Source of the DNA: Acytostelium subglobosum | Taxonomy: Eukaryota | Assembly: GCF_000787575.1 (NCBI RefSeq) | Contig: NW_012236508.1 | Span: 139,437 to 174,442, forward strand | Direction: 5' to 3' | Length of the DNA: 35,006 nt | In this document: piece by piece, positions 34,609 through 35,006 of the stretch | Numbering within the stretch: position 1 is the first letter of the stretch | Layout of the letters: every line of letters begins with the position of its first letter | Made by a program: the position numbers and the translations under genes | Notes under the pieces: generated by a model | Told to the model about the DNA's origin: nothing | The model's database searches: none | The model's input: the letters and a program-made list of their open reading frames with translations, nothing else

Positions 34609-35006
34609 ATGGACAACAACCTTCGAAAGGTGTTTGGAAACAAAGTGTTGCGAACGACAGTCTTCCAACATCTCTGTGATATTCACAAACGATGGATCAG
34701 TCTATCATCACTCAAACAACAACAACAACAACAACATGATCAAGAACGAGAACAATCATGGATGATAAAGTCAACGATCAAAGGTGACAAGTTGTTGGCA
34801 GAAGGCAGTCTTGCACGATTTCTCAAGTTCAACGCGACTGAATGGTTCATCAAAGCATTCGACAGCTTTACACCAAAGTGTCACCAACTCACATCACGTC
34901 TCCTCTTTAAATCATTCAAATATAACAATATCCGAGCATTCAATCATATACTTGACAATACCAACACTGATCTTGATGATGATATCACACCCAGCCAGCT
35001 GACAAA
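34609..35006 (+). CDS. Family copy 5, A half, 5' part only (runs off the window end).
   Basis: MDNNLRKVFGNKVLRTTVFQHLCDIHKRW..QQQQQQ..MIKSTIKGDKLLAEGSLARFLKFNATEWFIKAFDSF.. carries the family N-terminal motifs. Confidence 0.6.
   Translation, partial: MDNNLRKVFGNKVLRTTVFQHLCDIHKRWISLSSLKQQQQQQHDQEREQSWMIKSTIKGDKLLAEGSLARFLKFNATEWFIKAFDSFTPKCHQLTSRLLFKSFKYNNIRAFNHILDNTNTDLDDDITPSQLT

Noticed and set aside
1-35006. tRNA, rRNA, CRISPR, transposon termini
   Set aside because: I scanned intergenic spacers for GTTCGA/T-loop-like boxes and found only occurrences inside coding sequence (for example 22935). No long inverted or direct terminal repeats or transposase-like ORFs were seen. This is a eukaryotic locus, so CRISPR was not expected.

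Overview
Eukaryotic nuclear DNA, not prokaryotic. Genes carry short spliceosomal introns (57-133 nt, GTAAGT/GTATGT/GTACGT donors, TACTAAC-like branch points, AG acceptors). Coding sequence contains poly-Asn and poly-Gln tracts, and (CAATCA)n-type microsatellites sit in introns and UTRs. This fits an amoebozoan or social-amoeba-like protist; the organism assignment is inference only. Several ORF-track entries start at TTG or GTG, so ORF starts were not trusted. The first 17 kb holds ordinary genes: a partial HEAT/ARM-like gene, major vault protein (2 exons, with an apparent +1 frameshift), ribosomal protein L10/uL16 (3 exons including a 13-nt micro-exon), a DUF924 + FSH1-type serine hydrolase + RNI-type LRR fusion gene with a hidden in-frame intron, a bacterial-type phosphoribosyltransferase with two 59-nt introns, a coiled-coil/Ser-Thr-rich gene, an ArsC/LMW-PTP-family gene, a degenerate MoxR-like AAA+ gene with poly-Q insertions, and SGT1 (2 exons). 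The main discovery is in 17.1-35.0 kb: a tandem and inverted array of at least 4.5 copies of a lineage-specific gene. Each copy is read by the ORF track as two adjacent ORFs (an A half and a homologous B half). For three of four pairs the two halves are joined by a short canonical intron that removes the apparent stop codon of A. Each unit is therefore a single gene of about 1400 codons with an internal duplication and ankyrin-like helical repeats. Copy 3 is a multiply frameshifted pseudogene and copy 1 has an N-terminal frameshift. No rRNA, tRNA, CRISPR or transposon was found.
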